A stretch of 63,680 bases of DNA, counting the filler, from Aduncisulcus paluster (taxonomy: Eukaryota): assembly GCA_024181965.1 (NCBI GenBank). It is 44 parts of 44 records of this genome, joined end to end, with 100 filler letters (N's around TTAATTAATTAA, not from the genome) between each part and the next. Parts side by side here need not be neighbours in the genome. Positions count along the whole stretch, not along the records: positions 53,045 to 54,568 come from BQXS01010579.1; positions 54,669 to 56,066 come from BQXS01010609.1; positions 56,167 to 57,582 come from BQXS01010667.1; positions 57,683 to 58,827 come from BQXS01010699.1; positions 58,928 to 59,963 come from BQXS01010718.1; positions 60,064 to 61,290 come from BQXS01010720.1; positions 61,391 to 62,544 come from BQXS01010724.1; positions 62,645 to 63,680 come from BQXS01010785.1; 36 more parts are not named here. One strand, 5' to 3'. A program made the position numbers and the translations under genes. Shown in pieces: positions 54,338-63,680 of this stretch. Position 1 is the stretch's first letter. The number at the start of each line of letters is the position of its first letter. Below the pieces are notes generated by a model. It was not told the DNA's origin. It saw nothing but the letters and a program-made list of their open reading frames with translations, and did no database searches.

Positions 54338-54568
54338 TGAGCGACTCGCGCGAAGAACGTCAGACGCAGTTGGCCGCGCCGGAGCATGTGGATCCGAAGA
54401 GTGTGGATTTCGAGGTTGTTTCGCGCTGGATGGACGAGCAGGGGCTTCCTCAGGGGGACATCGATGGAGTGTCCCCGATATCCGGCGGCACCCAGAACAT
54501 CATGGTGCGGTTCAGCCGTGGTGGGCGCGAGTACGTGCTCCGTCGGCCCCCGAAGCATCTGCGCGAGG
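54334..54568 (+). CDS. Phosphotransferase (APH) family protein, N-terminus
   Basis: ISGGTQN..EYVLRRPP; usual partner of this ACAD class. Confidence 0.85.
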
Positions 54569-54668
54569 NNNNNNNNNNNNNNNNNNNNNNNNNNNNNNNN
54601 NNNNNNNNNNNNTTAATTAATTAANNNNNNNNNNNNNNNNNNNNNNNNNNNNNNNNNNNNNNNNNNNN

Positions 54669-54899
54669 TCCCACGATGAACCGGCGCCCTCGATGTTCGA
54701 AGTACCCCAGGGGTGTCAGCCGCTCGATCCCCGACTTCGCGCCGGTGATGGTGACGATGAGTACCGGCATCTCGTCATCGGACACTCCCGGCAGCTTGCC
54801 GCCGTTCTCGCGGAGCAGCCCGATCATCCGGTTATTGTGTTTCTGCACACCGTTTTCAGAAAGTTCCCGGTAGGTATCCGAGGTCACGCCTTCGGTCAT
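54669..54899 (-). CDS. Deazaflavin (F420)-dependent nitroreductase family protein, N-terminus
   Basis: HNNRMIGLLRENGGK..PVLIVTITGAKSGIERLTPL. Confidence 0.85.
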
Positions 54900-54946
54900 G
54901 CCCCGACGCTAGCGCGCAGTCGGCGGCGCGACTCCGCATGTCCCGC

Positions 54947-55823
54947 CTAGCGGACCGTTCGTACCCGCTGTCGCAGCTCGGACGCCTCGCCGGAGTCGGT
55001 ACCGTACACCCGCACCACGGCCTCATCGCCGGCCTGCAGGTATGTGGATTCACCCAGCGCCGTGTACTTGGTCGCCCCGATACCGATCAATACGTGCTCG
55101 GGGTGCCCCGCGGCCACCATCAGCGCACCGACATCTTCCAGCGGCGTATCGGAGGAACCCTTTTGGTTGTCCAGGCGCTCGGTGATCCAGTCCAACAGCA
55201 CCTCGCCGTAGTACGAGTATCCGAGCAACGGGCTGTCGACGCCATACGCGTGCTCCTGNNNNNNNNNNNNNNNNNNNNNNNNNNNNNNNNNNNNNNNNNN
55301 NNNNNNNNNNNNNNNNNNNNNNNNNNNNNNNNNNNNNNNNNNNNNNNNNNNNNNNNNNNNNNNNNNNNTCAGGAGTCAGGTCACCAATCTCAAAGAACTG
55401 TCGCGCAACACCTTTGGATGCCGCACCCCAGTTCTTCTTGTGGCTGATCTTGGGGGCATTGGGCCGACGGATCGAGCAATCGTTGAAGGCGCCCAGCGCA
55501 AACGGCTCCAGCGAGGCGACGACGTCGCCGCGCCAATGCACCCGGCACGCCAAGCCCACCTCGGGTTCGATCTGGAGGTTCAGCGGCGTGTCACTCTCGG
55601 GCAGCACCGTCTCGTCCTGCGACAGCGGGAACTGTCCCAGGAATCCCTCGTCGCCCGGTACGTACCAAGGAAAGATTCCCTTGGGCGCGACGCCATTTGA
55701 GGCGACGTTCACGAAATCTGCCGACTCCCCCGCCTGTTCGAGATGACCGGCGAAATTCCCGGCCACCCCAAAACCGAACCAGCCCCGCAGTTCGTTCAAC
55801 TCGACGTCGAACATCTTGCTCAT
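54947..55823 (-). CDS. DUF5718-family protein, spans a gap
   Basis: [43 protein letters not shown], and after the gap [14 protein letters not shown]. Confidence 0.75.
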
Positions 55824-56066
55824 TTGGGCTCCAGCACTTCGGTTCCGACGAAGGGCACCAACGCCGCGGGCACGCGGACGCTGCCATCAGGCTGCTGGTG
55901 GTTCTCGAGGATCGCCACCAACCACCGGGTGGTGGCCAGGGTGCCGTTGAGGGTGGCAGCGGTCTGCGGCTTGCCGTTTTCGTCGCGGTAACGCACGGCC
56001 AGCCGCCGCGCCTGGAACGTGGTGCAGTTAGAGGTGGAGGTCAACTCGCGGTAAGCCTGCTGTGTC
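55820..56066 (-). CDS. serS: Serine--tRNA ligase, C-terminus
   Basis: [38 protein letters not shown] (actinobacterial type). Confidence 0.96.
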
Positions 56067-56166
56067 NNNNNNNNNNNNNNNNNNNNNNNNNNNNNNNNNN
56101 NNNNNNNNNNTTAATTAATTAANNNNNNNNNNNNNNNNNNNNNNNNNNNNNNNNNNNNNNNNNNNN

Positions 56167-57565
56167 GGTCGATATCAACGGCTGGAAACCCGTCAAAGAC
56201 GTGATCTATTCGGCCGTCAGCACGCTGGGCTGGCCGTCCTTGTCGCAACAGACCGTGGGCAGCCGCTTTCTCGACAAGCTCGACAAGCTGCCGGACACCA
56301 AGCCCGGTGTCGACTACCTGGTGGTGAGCACCAAGAATGATGTCGTCGCCACCCCGTACAAGTCTCAATTCATCACAGCGGCACCGGGTTCCACTGCGGT
56401 CAACATGGAAGTGCATTCGCTGCCCGGGGTGCCGCGCGACGGGGTTGTCGACCACGGCCTGAACGGCGGGGAGGTCATCTCGGCCGTGACCAACTACCTC
56501 AAGTCCAGCCAGTCGGCGCAGCGCTCGGCCGATCAGATCAAGGCCAATCCCGGTACCACCCTCAGCAGGGACGGCAGCACCACAACCGTCTCCGAGGGCA
56601 CCAAGGTGGTCGCGACCATCGAAGACCGGCCCGAATCTGCAAAGCAGAACGCCACCAAGCAATCTCAAGAGGCAGTCGGCAAGGCGGCGACCGGCACCAC
56701 AGTCACCACGCCTTCGGGNNNNNNNNNNNNNNNNNNNNNNNNNNNNNNNNNNNNNNNNNNNNNNNNNNNNNNNNNNNNNNNNNNNNNNNNNNNNNNNNNN
56801 NNNNNNNNNNNNNNNNNNNNNNNNNNNNNNNNNNNNNNNNNNNNNNNNNNNNNNNNNNNNNNNNNNNNNNNNNNNNNNNNNNNNNNNNNNNNNNNNNNNN
56901 NNNNNNNNNNNNNNNNNNNNNNNNNNNNNNNNNGGCGCGATGTCACGTTGAAGCGCAACGGCCAGTCTGTCTCGATCAGCGAGACACACGGCGTGACGGT
57001 TGCCAATACCCCGGCCGAACAGACACCGAGCGGCAAGACCTCCCCACAGCCGGATCACCTCGCCAAAGCCACCGAGAGCCCGGTCACCAAAGCTTCTCCG
57101 GCGGCCGGTGAAACGAAGACAAAAGAGTCACCGGGCAAGCCCGATATCGACAAGAAGCCCGCGGCACACGAGTCCAACACCATCGCGCCGAAGATCGGTA
57201 TCGGCGCCAACGGCATAGCCCACGACGGGAAAACCGCGGGGAGCAGGCTTTCCGACCATGCGGCCGGTCCGGCGGCTGAGTCGGGATCTACGAAGACCGA
57301 GAAGACACCGACGGCGACCAAGAAGAGCGGCGCGGCGGCCACAGACGCCTCGGCCACCGCGCATTCCGGCACCGAGAATTCCACCACGAACGGGAGTGCG
57401 AGTACCGGTTCGTCAGCCAGCGTTGGCGGACAACAGGCTTCCGCATCGAACGGGGCAAGCGACCACAAGCCGGGGCATCCGGATACCGGCTCGGCGTCGA
57501 GTTCCGGTGATCACAAGAAGACCGCCGACGGACCGTCGCACGAGCACACCGCGGGTGCCTCCTAG
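56167..57565 (+). CDS. Lipase-like alpha/beta hydrolase C-terminus with a long low-complexity Ser/Thr/Ala/Lys tail, 5' truncated, spans a gap
   Basis: QQTVGSRFLDKL..PGVDYLVVSTKNDVVATPY..VDH carries the Asp and His of a lipase class 2-type triad. Confidence 0.7.
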
Positions 57566-57682
57566 CCGGTCAGCTCGGCGTTNNNNNNNNNNNNNNNNNN
57601 NNNNNNNNNNNNNNNNNNNNNNNNNNTTAATTAATTAANNNNNNNNNNNNNNNNNNNNNNNNNNNNNNNNNNNNNNNNNNNN

Positions 57683-57848
57683 CCACGGCCTCGGAAACCG
57701 AATGGTTGTCCTGAACGAAATCGATTTCGATCCCGGCCTCGGCAAATCGCTTCGCCGAATAGCTCTCCGAGAAAAACCCACGGTGATCGCCGAATCGCTT
57801 CGGCGTGATCACTAGAACCCCGCTGAGGGGTGTTGGTTCGACCTGCAT
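57683..57848 (-). CDS. rfbC: dTDP-4-dehydrorhamnose 3,5-epimerase, N-terminus
   Basis: GAAGGC RBS-like site, MQVEPTPLSGV..PKRFGDHRGFFSES..FVQDNHS. Confidence 0.93.
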
Positions 57849-57947
57849 TCGCCCTGCCTTCCTTGCTTCGGGAAAGTTGTGCCAAAGCACGGCCCGAAAG
57901 GCCAGCGACATCGCTAGAAGCCAAGAAATCAGGGGAAATCGGGAAAA

Positions 57948-58024
57948 TGGTCGGAGCGAGAGGATTCGAACCTCCGACCCCCTGCTCCCGAAGCAGGTGC
58001 GCTACCAGGCTGCGCTACGCTCCG
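57948..58024 (-). tRNA. tRNA-Pro (anticodon CGG)
   Basis: CGGAGCGTAGCGCAGCCTGGTAGCGCACCTGCTTCGGGAGCAGGGGGTCGGAGGTTCGAATCCTCTCGCTCCGACCA folds as a cloverleaf with encoded CCA. Confidence 0.97.
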
Positions 58025-58076
58025 ACCGTGGGCGGGGAATTAGCCGCTTGCGCAGGGTTTTGCAAGGGGGTCTGAG

Positions 58077-58827
58077 TCAGCTTCTTGAATTGCGTGCGCG
58101 AAGGCCCAAAACGCGACCCAGAAGCGACGATCGCGGGGCGGTGACGGTTTCCGACCGGCCCCTTGTGCGCAGCACCGGCTGATTCTCGGAGACACGCGTC
58201 TCGCGAATGACGATGTAGATGCCCGAGAGGATCACCACGCCCGCGCCGACAAGCGTCGGAATGTCCACGCTCTCGTGGAAGATGATCCAGCCGTAGAAGA
58301 CCGCCCAGAGGATCTGCGAATATTGCATCGGTGCGACGATGGCGGCCTCGCCAGCGCGATAGGCGAGGATTTGCAGGAAAGAGGCGGTCAGGCCGAAGAT
58401 CGCGATCACCGCCAGGAGGCCGAGATCACCGATCTGCAGCGGCTGCCAGACGAAGGGCAGAAGGATCGCCATGACGATCACATTGCCCAGAAGCGGCGAG
58501 AGGAGCAGCACGACGGAGCGCTCCTCCGACCCGATCTTGCGCACGATGACCGAGGCCAGCGCACCGGTGACAGCCGCCGTCATCGCCGCAAAGTGGCCCG
58601 GCGCGAGTTCTGCCTGTCCGGGGCGCACGACGATCACCACGCCGATCAGGCCGAGAATGACAGCGGCCCAGCGGTGAATGCCGACCTTCTCGCCCAGGAT
58701 CGGGATCGAGAAGACAGTGACCAAGAGCGGCATCGCGAAGAGGAGCGGATAGACTTGTGCGAGCGGCAGGGTCGAGAAGGCGTAGAAAGCGCAGAGCCCG
58801 GTGACGACGGTGGTCACGACCCGTCCC
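58077..58827 (-). CDS. DMT/EamA family transporter, 5' truncated
   Basis: ILGEKVGIHRWAAVILGLIGV, VAPMQYSQILWA, multiple TM helices. Confidence 0.92.
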
Positions 58828-58927
58828 NNNNNNNNNNNNNNNNNNNNNNNNNNNNNNNNNNNNNNNNNNNNTTAATTAATTAANNNNNNNNNNNNNNNNN
58901 NNNNNNNNNNNNNNNNNNNNNNNNNNN

Positions 58928-59377
58928 GGAAAATAGAGGAAGATAAAAAGAAGAAGGAAGAGTTGGAAAAGCAAGAAGCCGAAAGAAAAAGAAAATTGGA
59001 GGAAAAGAAGAAGAAGAGAAAAGAACTCGAAAAGCAAGAAGCGAAAAGGAAAACAAAATTGGAGGAAAAGAAAACGGAACAATACCGAATAATGTTTGAA
59101 GAAGAGAAGAGGAAGAGAGAAGAACTCGAAAAGATGGCAACAGAAAGAAAAAGGAAAATAGAGGAAGATAAAAAGAAGAAGGAAGAGTTGGAAAAGCAAG
59201 AAGCCGAAAGAAAAAGAAAATTGGAGGAAAAGAAGAAGAAGAGAAAAGAACTCGAAAAGCAAGAAGCGAAAAGGAAAACAAAATTGGAGGAAAAGAAAAC
59301 GGAACAATACCGAATAATGTTTGAAGAAGAGAAGAGGAAGAGAGAAGAACTCGAAAAGATGGCAACAGAAAGAAGAA
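58928..59377 (+). repeat. Two copies of a 225-bp coding tandem repeat
   Basis: Unit GGAAAATAGAGGAAGATAAA.. starts at 58928 and 59153; a degenerate third start at 59378. Confidence 0.9.
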
Positions 59378-59427
59378 GGAAAATGGAGGAAAAGATGAAG
59401 GAGATGATATTTGTTCCCATCCGTTAA
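58930..59427 (+). CDS. Glu/Lys/Arg-rich coiled-coil or single-alpha-helix protein fragment, probably eukaryotic
   Basis: Open purine-rich frame with 75-aa repeats; may continue into 59445-59834 through a frameshift. Confidence 0.6.
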   Translation, partial: KIEEDKKKKEELEKQEAERKRKLEEKKKKRKELEKQEAKRKTKLEEKKTEQYRIMFEEEKRKREELEKMATERKRKIEEDKKKKEELEKQEAERKRKLEEKKKKRKELEKQEAKRKTKLEEKKTEQYRIMFEEEKRKREELEKMATERRRKMEEKMKEMIFVPIR

Positions 59428-60063
59428 AAATTGAAGAAGAGTATATGGCGTTGAGATCTTTTTCTTCGGGAAGAATAGATCCAAAGAAAGAATATGCACT
59501 CTTGGTGGCCTTCAATGCTCTTCTTGTTGCTGATCTCGTCGATGGTTTTCAAGCTCAAGTCCAGCAATGGAAATGCAGACGACGAGGTCTGGCATCTGGT
59601 TCATCTTGCATGATAATGTCAGAAACAGTTAAATATGATAGCAAGCCAATAGATTCTTTACTGTGGAGTATTGGAAGGATATATAAATGTGACATTGTAG
59701 CTCTGCAGTCGCTGGCTAGAGCTAGTGCATTATGTGCTGCTCGTAATTCTATCATATGTCAAAATGCTGGATTGACACATTTATCTCGTTCATTGGTGCA
59801 TATGGCCCAGGTGTTAGATGCCTACTATAGCTGACCAAGATGATTGGACATGGAAATAAAACAGAGTTATCTCTTCAGCTTCTCGAGTCTTCGCTTATCA
59901 TCTCACTTCACTTCACCACATTTTTTCCTTGTTGTTTCACTTTCAAGTGATGAATTGATATGTNNNNNNNNNNNNNNNNNNNNNNNNNNNNNNNNNNNNN
60001 NNNNNNNTTAATTAATTAANNNNNNNNNNNNNNNNNNNNNNNNNNNNNNNNNNNNNNNNNNNN

Positions 60064-61290
60064 CCTTGGCTTCCTTCTCTTCAAGCTTGGCCTTAAGAGC
60101 AGCAACCTCTTCTTCAAGCTCTTGTTGCTTGGCAGCAAGTTCATCTCTTTCTTCTTCAATCTGCTTGTGTTCAGACTCAAGTTCGGAAAGTTTCTGTTCA
60201 TCGTCAACAAAGGTCTGTCTGGCTTCTTCGATCTTCTTGCGTTCATCTTCGAGCTCATCAAGCTTGCGTTGCTCTTCCTCTTCTCTTTCGGCAAGGGCAC
60301 GGATCTTCTCAACAAGGGCGGCCTGATCGGCTTCAAGCTCAGCACGCTTGCGATCGAGTTCTTCCTTGTCTTCAGCAAGTTGCTCTTCAGCATCCTTGAG
60401 CTTCTCGAGTCTGGCACGCTCAGCCTCCTCACGGGCAACACGATCTTTCTCAAGCTCAGCCTTTCTTGCCTCGATCTTGGCAATCTCAGCTTCAAGCTCA
60501 GATCTCTCGCGTTGTTCGGCATCACTGTCTTCCATGTCGGTTTCAAGGGAGGCAAGCTCATCCATCATCTGTTGACGTTCATCCTCAAGCTTCTGACGCT
60601 CAGCTTCAATGGCTTCTCTCTCGGCAGAGAAATCGGCAGCAACCTCAACTTCAATATCAAGTCCAGGCTCTTGTTCTCCATAGTCAGGACGGGTCTCAAC
60701 AGATTCAGCCTCCTTCTCTTCGAGCTTGGCTTTCAAAGCAGCATTTTCTTCTTCAAGAATACGTTGCATCTCAAGGAAATTATTTCTCTCATCGTCGATC
60801 TTCTCACGCTCATCTTCGATATCCTTAAGCTTACGAACTTCTTCAGCTTCCTTATTAGCAAGTTCACGGCTCTTCTCTATAAGATCAATTTCAGCTGCTT
60901 CTAGCTCAAATCTGAGAGCATTCAATTTTTCTTGATCTTCAGCAAGTTGCTCTTCAGCATCCTTGAGCTTCTCGAGTCTGGCACGCTCAGCCTCCTCACG
61001 GGCAACACGATCTTTCTCAAGCTCAGCCTTTCTTGCCTCGATCTTGGCAATCTCAGCTTCAAGCTCAGATCTCTCGCGTTGTTCGGCATCACTGTCTTCC
61101 ATGTCGGTTTCAAGGGAGGCAAGCTCATCCATCATCTGTTGACGTTCATCCTCAAGCTTCTGACGCTCAGCTTCAATGGCTTCTCTCTCGGCAGAGAAAT
61201 CGGCAGCAACCTCAACTTCAATATCAAGTCCGGGCTCTTGTTCTCCATAGTCAGGACGGGTCTCAACAGATTCAGCCTCCTTCTCTTCGA
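60064..61290 (-). CDS. Acidic coiled-coil protein fragment with long internal repeats, probably eukaryotic
   Basis: Frame open across the segment, E/K/A/L heptads, biased codon use (GAG/AAG/CTT/CGT). Confidence 0.75.
60369..61290. repeat. 355-bp near-identical direct repeat with a 567-bp period
   Basis: 60369-60723 vs 60936-61290; one difference seen (TCCAGGCTC vs TCCGGGCTC). Confidence 0.88.
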
Positions 61291-62644
61291 NNNNNNNNNN
61301 NNNNNNNNNNNNNNNNNNNNNNNNNNNNNNNNNNTTAATTAATTAANNNNNNNNNNNNNNNNNNNNNNNNNNNNNNNNNNNNNNNNNNNNAGATGAAGAG
61401 TTCTGGGTTTATAGAGGGATGAGAAAATGTCGATTAGAAAGTTTGTTTTGTCAGTTTTTTTTTTTTTTTGAGAGATTTTAAAGATAAAAATGAGTGTTTC
61501 TAAACACTAAATATAATTTAAGGAAATGGGTAGTTGTATGTGTAAGAGAGGAGTCATGTGATAAGGGGTAGGGTATAACAGAGAGAGAGTTGGAGACTCA
61601 TAACGGAATAGGAGAGTATAGAATAGAAGGTATTTGAGGTCATCAGACCGAAATCAGAGAGTCAAGCAAGAGTAGTCAGGATGGTATCTGGGGCGGGGGG
61701 CTATTTTGTATTTTCAGACTATCATTTCACAGGCGTACCATTTATCAGTAAAATAATTCCACTATGATTTCGAAAAGCGCCTTAGAATAAGAGCGGCTAT
61801 GTTTACTTACTAAGACTCCTCTATGTATGTAATATGTAAAAATCAAGACATAGTAAAATTACAAAACAAATCCATTACAAAACATTTAATTAATATATTA
61901 TAAATTGTAATGGACCCATAATAAATGCTTATTATGGATCCAATACTGCACACAACAAATCTATTCACTCAGACTTGATTTCTTAAGTTATAAAGCAAAA
62001 ATAAAAAAAAATAAACAGTAAAAACACAAAATCGTTGGAGTCCCCCCCTTTTTTTGGGATATGAGAAATAAGGGGGGACAACANNNNNNNNNNNNNNNNN
62101 NNNCCCATAATAAATGCTTATTATGGATCCAATACTGCACACAACAAATCTATTCACTCAGACTTGATTTCTTAAGTTATAAAGCAAAAATAAAAAAAAA
62201 TAAACAGTAAAAACACAAAATCGTTGGAGTCCCCCCCTTTTTTTGGGATATGAGAAATAAGGGGGGACAACAAGTGGGGAAGCAGCGAAGGGGCAGAAAA
62301 CAAGAATGACACAATAAAACATAAGTCTTACGCTCCCCCGGGTTGATCAGACCCAGGGGAACTGCTTTTCCATATATTAGTGTGCCCAAAACCAAAGCCC
62401 GCAATTGTGAGATTCACACCGAAAGGTTAATGTGGGAAATATTAGAATGTAAATTAAGATTAAAGGTATAATAAATAGTTAATAATTTATTTTTGTGCAT
62501 GAGTTATTGATAATATGCTCATGTTAAGAGATCAGAAATAAGATNNNNNNNNNNNNNNNNNNNNNNNNNNNNNNNNNNNNNNNNNNNNTTAATTAATTAA
62601 NNNNNNNNNNNNNNNNNNNNNNNNNNNNNNNNNNNNNNNNNNNN

Positions 62645-63680
62645 ACTTTTCACACAAAAGCATCTGTCTTGAAAACATCTTCACTCATGATCACACACAA
62701 AACACACACAAACAAAACAAAAAACACACACAGCACACACAACACACAAAATAACACACACCACGTGTAAAACAGGCAATGAGATGGGCTGGGGGGGAGG
62801 AATCGTGTGAGGAATTATTACTTGACATATACATGTATACACATAGTAGTCACATCAAAAGTACACAGATGAACACATTCAACCACACGTATGACACACT
62901 CTTACCATCATATTACCAAAAATAGCCTCAATAGTAGAGATTCAGATGATACTATACAACTTCACGACTTGACATGATCATTCAACATCATCACTTCCAA
63001 ACATCTTCATACACATGATCGCAACTAAACACAAATTAAACACACAAACATACCGTTTTACTATACACTTTACGACAAATATGACATCCATTCAAATCAT
63101 CGCTCAAGGCTTCACACACTTTTCACACAAAAGCATCTGTCTTGAAAACATCTTCACTCATGATCACACACAAAACACACACAAACAAAACAAAAAACAC
63201 ACACAGCACACACAACACACAAAATAACACACACCACGTGTAAAACAGGCAATGAGATGGGCTGGGGGGGAGGAATCGTGTGAGGAATTATTACTTGACA
63301 TATACATGTATACACATAGTAGTCACATCAAAAGTACACAGATGAACACATTCAACCACACGTATGACACACTCTTACCATCATATTACCAAAAATAGCC
63401 TCAATAGTAGAGATTCAGATGATACTATACAACTTCACGACTTGACATGATCATTCAACATCATCACTTCCAAACATCTTCATACACATGATCGCAACTA
63501 AACACAAATTAAACACACAAACATACCGTTTTACTATACACTTTACGACAAATATGACATCCATTCAAATCATCGCTCAAGGCTTCACACACTTTTCACA
63601 CAAAAGCATCTGTCTTGAAAACATCTTCACTCATGATCACACACAAAACACACACAAACAAAACAAAAAACACACACAGC
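62645..63680. repeat. 473-bp perfect tandem repeat, about 2.2 copies
   Basis: Unit ACTTTTCACACAAAAGCATC.. starts at 62645, 63118 and 63591; copies look identical; strongly A/C-rich on the + strand. Confidence 0.95.

Noticed and set aside
57948-58076. tRNA-Pro as an integration site for an island
   Set aside because: No integrase or duplicated tRNA 3' end; the neighbours are rfbC and a DMT transporter
58872-59515. Three long Phe/Ser/Leu-rich minus-strand ORFs
   Set aside because: Antisense of a purine-rich E/K repeat, which lacks stops by composition
61715-61854. CAGACTAT and AAGACATAGT as group I intron R and S elements
   Set aside because: P7 pairing is imperfect, no P3/P4 core or flanking exons found
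61915-62272. 169-bp direct repeat (61915-62083 and 62104-62272) as an LTR or tandem duplication
   Set aside because: The copies abut a 20-N gap like the one at 4026-4045, so it is most likely an unmerged scaffold overlap
1359-62644. Recurring TTAATTAATTAA as a CRISPR, REP or biological repeat
   Set aside because: Always centred in exactly 44+44 N and cuts genes mid-frame; it is a concatenation spacer
62916-62994. Minus-strand box C (GTGATGA), box D (CTGA) and Sm-like ATTTTTGG in the 473-bp unit
   Set aside because: Short motifs expected by chance in T/G-rich sequence; no rRNA-complementary guide or convincing stems identified
63015-63227. 70-aa His/Thr/Gln-rich ORF in the tandem unit
   Set aside because: By-product of AC-rich low-complexity DNA

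Overview
This window is not one locus. It is 44 short, unrelated contigs or scaffolds (about 1-4 kb each) joined by 43 identical artificial 100-nt spacers (N44-TTAATTAATTAA-N44, stop codons in all six frames), so gene neighbourhood is only meaningful inside a segment and most genes are truncated. Most AT-rich segments look like Campylobacterota (Arcobacteraceae/Sulfurimonas-like): formate dehydrogenase, Nap, HypF, FccAB sulfide dehydrogenase, two different complex I sets, flagellar genes, nonulosonic-acid modification and T1SS/T2SS-pilus parts. GC-rich segments look like Mycobacteriaceae (glyA, serS, ACAD, F420 reductase, LeuCD paralogue) and Alphaproteobacteria (SDR-VOC-SDR, rfbC/tRNA-Pro/DMT). 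There is also a probable Bacteroidota giant Calx-beta adhesin, an apparently complete IS1595 element, a C5-methyltransferase with a convergent partner, and several eukaryote- or virus-like segments at the end. All taxonomic calls are by eye from protein style and base composition. The best leads are an ORF starting with an OTU-like cysteine protease domain on a virus/retroelement-like fragment, an RCC1-repeat/di-haem oxidoreductase fusion, a LeuCD plus isochorismatase-family operon, FAH-fold motifs in a DUF5718 protein coupled to serS, a candidate structured RNA and a 473-bp perfect tandem or circular unit. No complete novel system can be demonstrated from fragments this short.
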